A stretch of DNA of 64,000 nt from an uncultured bacterium (GTDB lineage: Bacteria > Krumholzibacteriota > Krumholzibacteriia > LZORAL124-64-63): assembly GCA_963727525.1 (NCBI GenBank), contig CAVSGO010000007.1, forward strand, positions 864,001-928,000. The letters are read 5' to 3'. Numbering within the stretch: position 1 is the stretch's first letter; every line of letters begins with the position of its first letter. Of this stretch, positions 1 through 11,845 are shown in pieces. The notes below the pieces were generated by a model. The model did no database searches and was not told the DNA's origin. It was given only the letters and a program-made list of their open reading frames with translations. The position numbers and the translations under genes are program-made.

Positions 1-189
1 TTCGTGCCCCAGATCGAACAGACGGAGCCGTTGAAGGTGGAGGCCCAGCATTTCGTGGACGCGATCCTCGGGCGCGCGGAGTCCATTTCGAACGGGACTC
101 ACGGCCTCGAGGTGGTGGAGATCCTCGAGAAGGCGTGCCTCTCCATCAAGGCTGACGGCCGGCCCATCGAGCTCGTGTCGGGCGCCTGA
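1..189 (+). CDS. Gfo/Idh/MocA-family oxidoreductase, C-terminal fragment (truncated by window start)
   Basis: EPLKVEAQHFVDAI...SNGTHGLEVVEILE is a typical C-terminus of this family; glycosyltransferase genes follow. Confidence 0.7.
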   Translation, partial: FVPQIEQTEPLKVEAQHFVDAILGRAESISNGTHGLEVVEILEKACLSIKADGRPIELVSGA

Positions 190-246
190 TCGGCGCGGCG
201 CGAGGCCAGGGCTCGTCGACACTGCTCGTCGAAGCAGAGGGGTGAC

Positions 247-1395
247 GTGGCCTCCGCCATCCGTGTGGCCATGATCGGCCAGAAGGGCTACCCGCCGGTG
301 CACGGGGGTATCGAGCGGCACGTCGCCGAGCTGGCGCGTCGTCTCGCGCCGCTCGGGTTCGCCGTCGATATCTACAGCCGTCCTCATTACAGCCGGCTCA
401 CCGGTGAGACGGACGTGCCGGGCGTGCGCGTCATCCGATTGCCGAGTCTCGCCACCAAGCACTTCGACGCGATCTCCCACACCCTGCTCGCCACGGCCGA
501 CGCGATGCGCCGGGGCGCGGACATCGTGCACTACCATGCGCTCGGCCCCGGGCTCCTGGCCTGGGCGCCGCGGTTCCTCGCGCGCCAGCGCACCGTGGTG
601 ACGGTGCACGGGCTCGACTGGCAGCGCGAGAAATGGGGCCGGGTCGCACGCGCGGTCCTCAAGCTCGGCGAACTGGCGAGCGCACGGGCTCCGCAGCGGA
701 CGATCGTGGTCTCCCAGGACCTCCGCGAGCACTACCTGAAGCAGCATCGCGCCGTCACGGATTACATCCCCAACGGCATCACGCCGCCCGTCTATCGCGA
801 CGCCACCCTGCTGCAGGAAGGCGGCCTGCCGGCCACGTACATCCTCTTCGCCGCGCGCATCGTGCCGGAGAAGGGCCTGCACCTGCTCCTGGACGCGCAT
901 GGCCGGTTGCCGGCGCCGCTGAGGCGCGCGTACCCGCTCGTCGTGGCCGGCGATGCCGGATTCACCCCGGGATACGCCACGCGGCTACGCGAGCGCGCCC
1001 ACCCGGAAGTGCACTTCCTCGGCTTCGTGCACGGGGCACTCCTGGAAACGTTGTTTTCGCAGGCGACAGTGATGGTCCTGCCGTCTGCCATGGAAGGCCT
1101 CTCGATCACGCTGCTGGAGGCGATGGCCTACGGGCGCTGCTGCCTGGTCAGCGACATCCCGCCGAATCTGGAAGCGACGGCCGGACACGCGGCGTCGTTT
1201 CCCTCCGGCGATGCCGTCGCGCTGGGCGCCGCGCTCGCGGCCCTGCTCGATGATCCCGGCCGGCGCGACGAACTGGGACGGCAGGCCCAGCTCCACGCCA
1301 TCGAGCACTATTCGTGGGATCGTGTCGCGGCCCGGACGGCGGCGCTGTACCGGGACCTCCTGGGGCGTCCGGAAGGCAGCCTTCATGCCCCCTGA
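247..1395 (+). CDS. Glycosyltransferase family 4 (GT-B)
   Basis: N-terminal VAMIGQKGYP..GGIERHV; RIVPEKG; EGLSITLLEAMAYG (ExxxxxxxEA motif). Confidence 0.92.
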   Translation: MASAIRVAMIGQKGYPPVHGGIERHVAELARRLAPLGFAVDIYSRPHYSRLTGETDVPGVRVIRLPSLATKHFDAISHTLLATADAMRRGADIVHYHALGPGLLAWAPRFLARQRTVVTVHGLDWQREKWGRVARAVLKLGELASARAPQRTIVVSQDLREHYLKQHRAVTDYIPNGITPPVYRDATLLQEGGLPATYILFAARIVPEKGLHLLLDAHGRLPAPLRRAYPLVVAGDAGFTPGYATRLRERAHPEVHFLGFVHGALLETLFSQATVMVLPSAMEGLSITLLEAMAYGRCCLVSDIPPNLEATAGHAASFPSGDAVALGAALAALLDDPGRRDELGRQAQLHAIEHYSWDRVAARTAALYRDLLGRPEGSLHAP

Positions 1396-1412
1396 ATCAG
1401 GCAACGAGCCGG

Positions 1413-1441
1413 TTGACATTCCTCGGGCCATCGCTTATCTA
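1413..1441 (+). promoter_or_regulatory. Sigma-70-type promoter for tRNA-Gly
   Basis: TTGACA (1413-1418), 17 nt spacer, TATCTA. Confidence 0.55.
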
Positions 1442-1458
1442 CTTGTGACCAACCTGGA

Positions 1459-1534
1459 GCGGGCATAGCTCAGTTGGTAGAGCACTACCTTGCCAAGGTA
1501 GTGGTCGCGAGTTCGAGTCTCGTTGCCCGCTCCA
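1459..1534 (+). tRNA. tRNA-Gly(GCC)
   Basis: Cloverleaf GCGGGCA...TGCCCGC-TCCA; anticodon arm CTACC-TTGCCAA-GGTAG; T-loop GTTCGAG. Confidence 0.97.
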
Positions 1535-1590
1535 ATTTTTTTTGCCCCGCGGCGTCGCGTCGACGGGGTCCGCATCGAGGCCCGCCTGTC

Positions 1591-1619
1591 TTGACAAGGT
1601 ACGTGTGGGCATTGATAAT
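1591..1619 (+). promoter_or_regulatory. Sigma-70-type promoter for tRNA-Cys/tRNA-Leu
   Basis: TTGACA (1591-1596), 17 nt spacer, GATAAT (1614-1619). Confidence 0.7.
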
Positions 1620-1631
1620 TCGTTGCGGCGA

Positions 1632-1705
1632 GGCGGCATAGCCAAGAGGCAAGGCGACGGTCTGCAAAACCGTTATCCCCGGTTCGAATCCGGGTGCCGC
1701 CTCCA
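1632..1705 (+). tRNA. tRNA-Cys(GCA)
   Basis: GGCGGCA...TGCCGCC-TCCA; anticodon loop CTGCAAA; GTTCGAATC. Confidence 0.96.
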
Positions 1706-1740
1706 TTTTCATGCAATGCGCTCGGCGTCGACCAGCCGGT

Positions 1741-1828
1741 GCCGGGGTGGCGAAACTGGTAGACGCAAGGGACTTAAAATCCCTCGGAGCGTTGCTCCGT
1801 GCCGGTTCGAGTCCGGCCCTCGGCACCA
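1741..1828 (+). tRNA. tRNA-Leu(TAA)
   Basis: GCCGGGG...CCTCGGC-ACCA; anticodon loop CTTAAAA; long variable arm CGGAGC..GCTCCG. Confidence 0.96.
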
Positions 1829-1881
1829 TCATGTCGGCACCATCGTCCTCAACGCCATGCCGGCCGCGAGCCGGGCGCGGG

Positions 1882-3030
1882 GTGCCCTTGCGACTCGCCT
1901 TCCTCTCCATCGGCCGCCACATCCACACGGAGCGCTGGATCCGCTTTTTCGCTGCGCGCGGGCACGAGTGCCATCTGCTCACAGTGCAGCCTGGCCCGGT
2001 CGATGGCGTCACCGTCCATGACATCACCACGGCGTGGGGGCCGAAACCCTGGCGCTACCTCATGTCGCTCGGCAAGGTCCGGCGCATCCTGCGGGGCCTG
2101 CGCCCCGACCTCCTCAACACGCACTTCCTGACGGGCTATGGCTACTGGGGCCACTTCAGCGGTGTGCATCCGAACGTGCTCACCGTCTGGGGCGACGACG
2201 TCTACGTGACGCCCTTCGAGAGCCGGACAAAGCTGTGGCTGGCGCGGCGGGCGCTCGCTTCATGCGATGCGCTCACCGGCGATTCCGTCGACATCCTCAG
2301 GGCGGCGGTGTCGCTCGGGGCGGATGCGTCGCGGAGTTTCCGCGTGCTCTGGGGCGTGGATTTCACGCGCTTCCAGCCGCGTCCGGCGCCGGAGTTCCGG
2401 CAACGCTTCGGCGTGGGGCCGGACGATGTGCTCTACTTCTCGCCGCGCAGCTACACACAGCCGTATTACAATATCGACACCATCATCGCCGCGGCGGCTG
2501 TGGTACGGCGTGAGGATTCGCGCGCGCGGTTCCTCTTCGCTGGCTACGAGGGCGATCATGCCCCGTTCCTCACCATGGCGCGCGATGCCGGTCTCGGCGA
2601 CACGGTGCGGGTCGTCGGTCGTCTGCCGCACGCCGAGTTCGCAACGGCGCTGAACGCGTCCGACGTCTTCATCTCGGTTCCCTCCGTCGACGCCACGGCC
2701 GTCAGCTTGCTCGAAGCGATGGGCTGTGGGTGCGCGATCATCGTGTCGCGCCTGGCGTCGGCCCTGGAATTCGTGAAGGACGAGCAGTCGGCTCTCGTGG
2801 TAACGCCGCGCGACGTGGACGGACTCGCAGCCGCGATGCGACGGCTCGGCAACGACGCCGAGTTGCGGCGTCGCCTGGGTGCGGCCGCGCTGGCGTCGGC
2901 CCATCGTGATTGCGGGTTCGACGCCAACATGGCGCACGTCGATGCCATCTTCCGGAGGCTGATCGACGGCCAGGGCGTGTGGCCGGCCGAAGTGGCGTTG
3001 CCCGCGCTCGACACCACGGGGGCCCGATGA
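1882..3030 (+). CDS. Glycosyltransferase family 4 (start uncertain: ATG 1831, GTG 1882 or TTG 1888)
   Basis: LRLAFLSIG..HTERW, TVWGDD, DATAVSLLEAMGCG. Confidence 0.88.
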   Translation: MPLRLAFLSIGRHIHTERWIRFFAARGHECHLLTVQPGPVDGVTVHDITTAWGPKPWRYLMSLGKVRRILRGLRPDLLNTHFLTGYGYWGHFSGVHPNVLTVWGDDVYVTPFESRTKLWLARRALASCDALTGDSVDILRAAVSLGADASRSFRVLWGVDFTRFQPRPAPEFRQRFGVGPDDVLYFSPRSYTQPYYNIDTIIAAAAVVRREDSRARFLFAGYEGDHAPFLTMARDAGLGDTVRVVGRLPHAEFATALNASDVFISVPSVDATAVSLLEAMGCGCAIIVSRLASALEFVKDEQSALVVTPRDVDGLAAAMRRLGNDAELRRRLGAAALASAHRDCGFDANMAHVDAIFRRLIDGQGVWPAEVALPALDTTGAR

Positions 3031-3977
3031 CGCTGTCGGTTGTCATCCCCACGAAGGACAAGGCGCCGCTGCTCGCCCGCACGCTCGACGCCCTTGACGC
3101 CCAGGACTTGCCGGGCGTTGCGTGGGAGATCGTCGTGGTCGACGATGGCTCGTGCGACGGGACCGCCGCCTTGCTCGCCCGTCGCGCGGCGGCCCCGGGT
3201 TCGCGGTTGCGACCCGTGAGTCCGGGGCGAAACGTCGGCCGGGCGGCCGCCCGCAATCTTGGCTGGCGTTCGGCCTCGGGCCGCTGGGTCGTGTTCCTCG
3301 ACGACGACATCATCGCGCCGCCGCACCTCCTCGCGGCGCATCTGCGGATCCTCGCGGCCGACCCGCGCCACGGCACGATCGGCCACGCGGTCACCGAGCC
3401 GGCCATCGTCGATGCCGCGCATTTCGCCTACCTCGACTCGCGGGGCGTGGCCAAGCTCCCGTCCGGACCGGCTCCCGCCCGCTACTTCGTCACCCAGAAC
3501 GCCGGGGTGCCGCGCGAGGCCCTGGCGGCGATCGGGGGCTTCGACGAGGGGTTCTCGGCCTACGGGTTCGAGGATATGGACATCGGATTCCGGCTGGAGG
3601 ACTGGGGCGTACGCTTCCAGGTGCTGCCGGCACCGGTCCCGCACCACATCCACCACCACACGTTCGGCGAGTACCTGGACAAGAAGCGGGTCTGCGGACG
3701 GCTCTCGCTCCCAGTCGTGGCACAGCGGCATCCCGGTCGTATCGCCGAGATGCGGCTCGACCTCATCATCGATCCCGTGGGGCGGCGGCCAGGATGGCCT
3801 AAGGCCCTGCTGAGGTCCGCCCTCCGTGGCTGGCCGGGGCGCCTGGCGGTGACGGCGGCGCGGCACTGGCCGGTGCGGGCCCATGGCGTGCCCGTCTTGC
3901 GGAGCCTCCACGCGCGCGTGATGGACGCCGCGGTGCTGGCAGCCTACTGCCAGGGTCTCGCGGAGCGTGGCGAGTAG
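3027..3977 (+). CDS. Glycosyltransferase family 2
   Basis: LSVVIPT, VVDDGS.DGT, AARNLG, FLDDD, GFDEGF..YGFED; ATGA overlap with the upstream gene. Confidence 0.92.
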   Translation: MTLSVVIPTKDKAPLLARTLDALDAQDLPGVAWEIVVVDDGSCDGTAALLARRAAAPGSRLRPVSPGRNVGRAAARNLGWRSASGRWVVFLDDDIIAPPHLLAAHLRILAADPRHGTIGHAVTEPAIVDAAHFAYLDSRGVAKLPSGPAPARYFVTQNAGVPREALAAIGGFDEGFSAYGFEDMDIGFRLEDWGVRFQVLPAPVPHHIHHHTFGEYLDKKRVCGRLSLPVVAQRHPGRIAEMRLDLIIDPVGRRPGWPKALLRSALRGWPGRLAVTAARHWPVRAHGVPVLRSLHARVMDAAVLAAYCQGLAERGE

Positions 3978-4119
3978 TCTGCCATTTAGGCAGTTAAACC
4001 TGCCCATCAGACAGTTATTCTGTGGCAGTCGTGGCGACGACGAGTTGGCGGCGCGCGAGCGACGCTTTCAAGCATATGTAAAAACGCCACTTATATAGAT
4101 TCCGGCGCGACCGTTTCCG

Positions 4120-4135
4120 CGGCACGCGCCTTGTA
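4120..4135 (+). promoter_or_regulatory. Possible sigma-54 (-24/-12) promoter upstream of dnaK
   Basis: CGGCAC-GCGCC-TTGTA versus consensus TGGCAC-N5-TTGC; AT-rich tract upstream. Confidence 0.35.
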
Positions 4136-4143
4136 AAGGCTAG

Positions 4144-6123
<1,980 letters not shown>

Positions 6124-6143
6124 TCCGGTCAGAGATCCGGTTA

Positions 6144-6166
6144 AGGGGGTGGCCCTGCCACCCCCT
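6144..6166 (+). terminator. Hairpin after dnaK (probable terminator)
   Basis: AGGGGGTGGC-CCT-GCCACCCCCT perfect inverted repeat; no strong U-tract. Confidence 0.55.
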
Positions 6167-6188
6167 CCGAATACCGGCAAAAATTAAA

Positions 6189-6217
6189 TTGACAATCGAA
6201 TTCCCTCACCCTATGAT
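6189..6217 (+). promoter_or_regulatory. Strong sigma-70 promoter for the sigma factor gene
   Basis: TTGACA-17 nt-TATGAT, with an A-rich UP-like tract (AAAAATTAAA) upstream. Confidence 0.75.
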
Positions 6218-6366
6218 CCCGGCGCGAAATATTGACTAACAAAGTCTTGTTTTTGGCGGAACTTCGAGAGCCCGGTGGCGTATATCACGACTCTGAGCGT
6301 TGTCTTAAGAGAGCGACCGAATCGGAGCCGGCTGGCCGCCGCGCCGATGAGATAGGGAGGCATGAC

Positions 6367-7221
6367 GTGTACGAAGTCGAACTCAGCAGCGACCGTCGTG
6401 AAGATCCCAGCCTGCAGCACTACCTGCAGATGATCGGCAAGCACGACCTCCTGACGAAGGAAGAGGAATTCGCGCTCGCCCGCCGCATCCGAGGCGGCGA
6501 TAAGGTGGCCCTGGACCATCTCGTCAATGCGAACCTGCGGTTCGTCGTCAGCGTGGCCAAGAAGTTCCTGAACCAGGGGCTCAGCTACATGGACCTCATC
6601 GCCGAGGGCAACATCGGTCTGATCACGGCCGCCAAGCGCTTCGACGAGCGGCGTGACTTCCGATTCATTTCCTACGCCGTGTGGTGGATCCGCCAGGCCA
6701 TTCAGAAGGCCATCGCGGAACAGACCAACACGGTCCGCTTGCCGATCAATCGGTCCCAGCAGGCCCAGAAGATCAAGCGCAAGGCCCAGGAACTGGAGCA
6801 GAAGCACCAGCGTCCGGTGATGGAGGAGGAGATCGCCGAGGCCCTGCAGCTCAGCACGCGCAAGATGGGGCAGATCCGTGCCGCCAGCCGGCCGATGGTG
6901 TCGTTGGACCAGTCGATCTACGACGACGACGCGACCCTGGCCGATACCCTGGTCAACGCCGAGGATCCCAATCCCGAACAGGGGTACATCTCCGACGAGC
7001 TGAATCAGGAGGTTTGCGAGGCCCTGGACCTGCTCACCTTGCGCGAGCGCGACATCGTGATGCGGTATTACGGACTGGGCGACCAGGAGACGTCGTCCCT
7101 CGAGGCGATCGGGCAGGACATCAACCTTTCGCGCGAGCGGGTGCGGCAGATCCGCAACCAGGCGTTGAAGAAGATCCGGCAGGCCGTCAACGGCGAGAAG
7201 CTGGTCGACTTCCTCGATTGA
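6367..7221 (+). CDS. RNA polymerase sigma-70 factor, RpoD/SigA family, short form lacking region 1.1
   Basis: ANLRFVVSVAKK, DLIAEGNIGL, FISYAVWWIRQAI, LSRERVRQI; GTG start at 6367 after SD GGGAGG. Confidence 0.93.
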   Translation: MYEVELSSDRREDPSLQHYLQMIGKHDLLTKEEEFALARRIRGGDKVALDHLVNANLRFVVSVAKKFLNQGLSYMDLIAEGNIGLITAAKRFDERRDFRFISYAVWWIRQAIQKAIAEQTNTVRLPINRSQQAQKIKRKAQELEQKHQRPVMEEEIAEALQLSTRKMGQIRAASRPMVSLDQSIYDDDATLADTLVNAEDPNPEQGYISDELNQEVCEALDLLTLRERDIVMRYYGLGDQETSSLEAIGQDINLSRERVRQIRNQALKKIRQAVNGEKLVDFLD

Positions 7222-7254
7222 CCGCCTTATCGCACGTCCGCATGACACACCGTG

Positions 7255-7281
7255 GCACGGGAGGCAACACGCCTCCCGTGC
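7255..7281 (+). terminator. Hairpin after the sigma factor gene
   Basis: GCACGGGAGGC-AACAC-GCCTCCCGTGC followed by TTGACTT. Confidence 0.6.
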
Positions 7282-7323
7282 TTGACTTCCGGGCCCTTTC
7301 TGATAACTTAGCGGGCCTCTGGT

Positions 7324-7401
7324 GGGCGATTAGCTCAGCTTGGTTAGAGCGCTTGCTCGACACGCAAGAGGTCACTGGTTCGAGTCCAGTATCGCCCACC
7401 A
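7324..7401 (+). tRNA. tRNA-Val(GAC)
   Basis: GGGCGAT...ATCGCCC-ACCA; anticodon arm CTTGC-TCGACAC-GCAAG; upstream TTGACT..TAACTT promoter-like sequence. Confidence 0.93.
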
Positions 7402-7488
7402 CCCCCGACACGTTTTCGAGGTGGCGCTTCCCGTCCCACCTCGTTTTTTTAGGGCCAACATCCAGGACCCTTCCCAGGCGGTGAGGCT

Positions 7489-9411
<1,923 letters not shown>

Positions 9412-9474
9412 GTTTCGGGGTCATCTCGAATAACAGGGTCCGGCGGCGGGATAGGCAGCACGGACCCTCAAGGC

Positions 9475-9560
9475 AAGCAGAGGTCCGCCCTCTCACCGTC
9501 GCCGGCCCCGCGGGGAAGGAACGGTTAGCAATCCCGAGGCGGGCCATTGTGCCCGCCTCG
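9475..9560 (+). promoter_or_regulatory. Putative L20-leader-like RNA / attenuator upstream of infC-rpmI-rplT
   Basis: AAGCAGAGGTCCGCCCTCTCACC resembles the Firmicute L20 leader 5' segment; GGCGGGC (9538-9544) can pair with GTCCGCC or with GCCCGCC (9551-9557). Confidence 0.5.
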
Positions 9561-9646
9561 TGGCGTTTGGCCAGGGGACAGAAGGTCTCGTGGCGCATCA
9601 GCGTCGGGATACGGGGCGGCAGCGGATCGATGCAGGAGGTGGGTTT

Positions 9647-10171
9647 ATCAAGACCACTAAGACGACGCGCGTGAACCGGATGATCAAGATCCCGCGGGTT
9701 CTCGTCGTGGACGAGGCCGGGGAGCAACTCGGGGTACTGGACACCCGGGACGCCCTCGCGATCGCGGAGGAACGGGGACTGGACCTGGTCGAGGTCGCGC
9801 CGACGGCCCGCCCGCCCGTGTGCCGGATCATGGACTATGGCCGGTACAAGTACGAGCAGGCGAAGAAGGCCCGGAAGGCGAAGCAGACGACGCACACGAT
9901 CAAGGTCAAGACCATCAAGTTCCGGCCCAAGACCGATGACCACGACTACGACTTCAAGAAGAAGCACATCGTCGACTTCCTGGAGCACGGCAACAAGGTC
10001 AAGGTCATCATGCAGTTCCGTGGCCGCGAGATCTCGCATATCGATCTCGGTCTGGAGTTCCTTCTGCACCTCATCGAAGAGGTGTCGGAATATGGGTCGC
10101 CGGAGTCCACACCACAACGCGAGGGTCGTCTCATTACCTTCATCCTGGCGCCGAAGAAGGTCACGAAGTAG
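9647..10171 (+). CDS. infC: Translation initiation factor IF-3 (probable non-canonical ATC start)
   Basis: RVNRMI...GLDLVEVAP..PPVCRIMDYGRYKYE..IKFRPKTDDHDY; SD AGGAGG 7 nt before the in-frame ATC. Confidence 0.95.
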   Translation: MKTTKTTRVNRMIKIPRVLVVDEAGEQLGVLDTRDALAIAEERGLDLVEVAPTARPPVCRIMDYGRYKYEQAKKARKAKQTTHTIKVKTIKFRPKTDDHDYDFKKKHIVDFLEHGNKVKVIMQFRGREISHIDLGLEFLLHLIEEVSEYGSPESTPQREGRLITFILAPKKVTK

Positions 10172-10194
10172 AGACAGGACAGAGAGGCAGCGAC

Positions 10195-10395
10195 ATGGGT
10201 AACAAGATGAAGACCAACCGTTCGGCCGCGAAGCGATTCAAGGCGACCGGCGGCGGGGGCCTCAAGCGAGGCAAGGCCTACCATGGCCACCTGTTCACGG
10301 CGAAGAGCGCCAAACGCAAGCGCAACCTGCGCAAGACCGGCATGATGGCCGCGTCGGATCTTTCCCGGGCGAAGCGGATGCTGGGCCACGGTTGA
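10195..10395 (+). CDS. rpmI: 50S ribosomal protein L35
   Basis: KMKTNRSAAKRFK..G; operon position. Confidence 0.97.
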   Translation: MGNKMKTNRSAAKRFKATGGGGLKRGKAYHGHLFTAKSAKRKRNLRKTGMMAASDLSRAKRMLGHG

Positions 10396-10441
10396 ACCGT
10401 TGACCGAGCACCCTGGCCACGGCATCTAAGGAGGCACGATC

Positions 10442-10795
10442 ATGCCGAGAGCGACAAACAATTCCGCCGCCAAGCAGCGGCGCAAACGCATCCTCGACCG
10501 CGCGAAGGGCTTCTACGGCGCGCCGAAGATGAGCATTCGCGAGGGGCGCCACTTCACCGAACGCGCCATGGCGTACGCCTACCGCGACCGCAAGGTGCGC
10601 AAGCGCGACTTCCGCAAGCTGTGGATCACGCGCATCAACGCGGCGGCCCGGATCAATGGGCTCAGCTACAGCCACTTCATCAACGGTCTGAAGAAAGCTC
10701 AGATCGAGATCGACCGGAAGGTGCTGGCGGAACTCGCGGTCCACGACGCGCCCGGATTCGCCAAGCTCGCCGAGGTCGCCCGGAACGCGCTGTAG
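10442..10795 (+). CDS. rplT: 50S ribosomal protein L20
   Basis: AYRDRKVRKRDFRKLWITRINAAAR. Confidence 0.99.
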   Translation: MPRATNNSAAKQRRKRILDRAKGFYGAPKMSIREGRHFTERAMAYAYRDRKVRKRDFRKLWITRINAAARINGLSYSHFINGLKKAQIEIDRKVLAELAVHDAPGFAKLAEVARNAL

Positions 10796-10819
10796 CCGCA
10801 GGTTGCGAAAGGCTGTGAC

Positions 10820-11845
10820 ATGTCCGCATCCCTCGACCGTTTCAAGGCCGAGGCTCTCGCGCAGATCGAGCAGGCCGCCACACCGCAGGATATCGAAGCG
10901 GTGCGGGTGCGCCTGCTCGGCCGCAAGGGCCAGCTTACCCAGCAACTGCGCAGCCTGAAGGACGTCGACGCCGAGGAGCGTCGCGCCCTCGGCGCAGCCC
11001 TGAATACGCTCAAGGAAGAGCTGACGGCGCGCCTCGAGGAGCGTGACCGGTCCCTCGCCGCCACCGTCGTGATGCAGGGGCCCACGGGCGACCTCACGCT
11101 GCCCGGACGTCCACCGGCGCCGCTGGGCACGCTCCATCCGCTGCAGACCGTGCTCGAGGAGATCAGCGATATCTTCTACGGCATGGGTTTCGATCGCGGC
11201 GAAGGGCCGGAGGTGGAGCTCGACTACTACAACTTCACCGCCCTGAACTTCCCTGACGACCATCCGGCGCGCGACATCCAGGACACGTTCTACATCTCGC
11301 CGCAGGTGTGCCTTCGTACACAGACGTCGCCCGTACAGGTGCGCACGATGGAGCGCGTGACGCCGCCGCTGGCCTACGTGTTCCCCGGTCGCGTCTATCG
11401 CAACGAGAGCAGCGATGCCTCGCACTCCTGCGAGTTCTACCAGATCGAGGGGCTGTGCGTGGATCGCGACGTCAGCCTGGCCGATCTTCACGTCACGGTG
11501 GACGCGTTCGTGCTCAGCTTCTTCGGCGAGGCGCGACCTACCCGGTTCCGGCCGCATTACTTTCCCTTCACCGAGCCGTCGGTGGAAGTGGACATGCAAT
11601 GCGTCAAGTGTGGTGGACGCGGCTGTGGCGTGTGTGGGCAGACGGGCTGGCTCGAGATCATGGGCGCCGGTATGGTCCACCCGAACGTCTTCAAGGCGGC
11701 GGGGTACCCGCCGGACGCATACACCGGCTACGCTTTCGGTATGGGCATCGATCGTATCGCCATGCAACGCTTTGCCATCGATGACATCCGCCTGCTCTAC
11801 GAGAACGATCTGCGTTTCCTCAACCAATTCCGAGGTGTGCTGTGA
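10820..11845 (+). CDS. pheS: Phenylalanine--tRNA ligase alpha subunit
   Basis: HPARDIQDTFY, LRTQTSPVQ, FPFTEPS, GYAFGMGIDR. Confidence 0.99.
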   Translation: MSASLDRFKAEALAQIEQAATPQDIEAVRVRLLGRKGQLTQQLRSLKDVDAEERRALGAALNTLKEELTARLEERDRSLAATVVMQGPTGDLTLPGRPPAPLGTLHPLQTVLEEISDIFYGMGFDRGEGPEVELDYYNFTALNFPDDHPARDIQDTFYISPQVCLRTQTSPVQVRTMERVTPPLAYVFPGRVYRNESSDASHSCEFYQIEGLCVDRDVSLADLHVTVDAFVLSFFGEARPTRFRPHYFPFTEPSVEVDMQCVKCGGRGCGVCGQTGWLEIMGAGMVHPNVFKAAGYPPDAYTGYAFGMGIDRIAMQRFAIDDIRLLYENDLRFLNQFRGVL

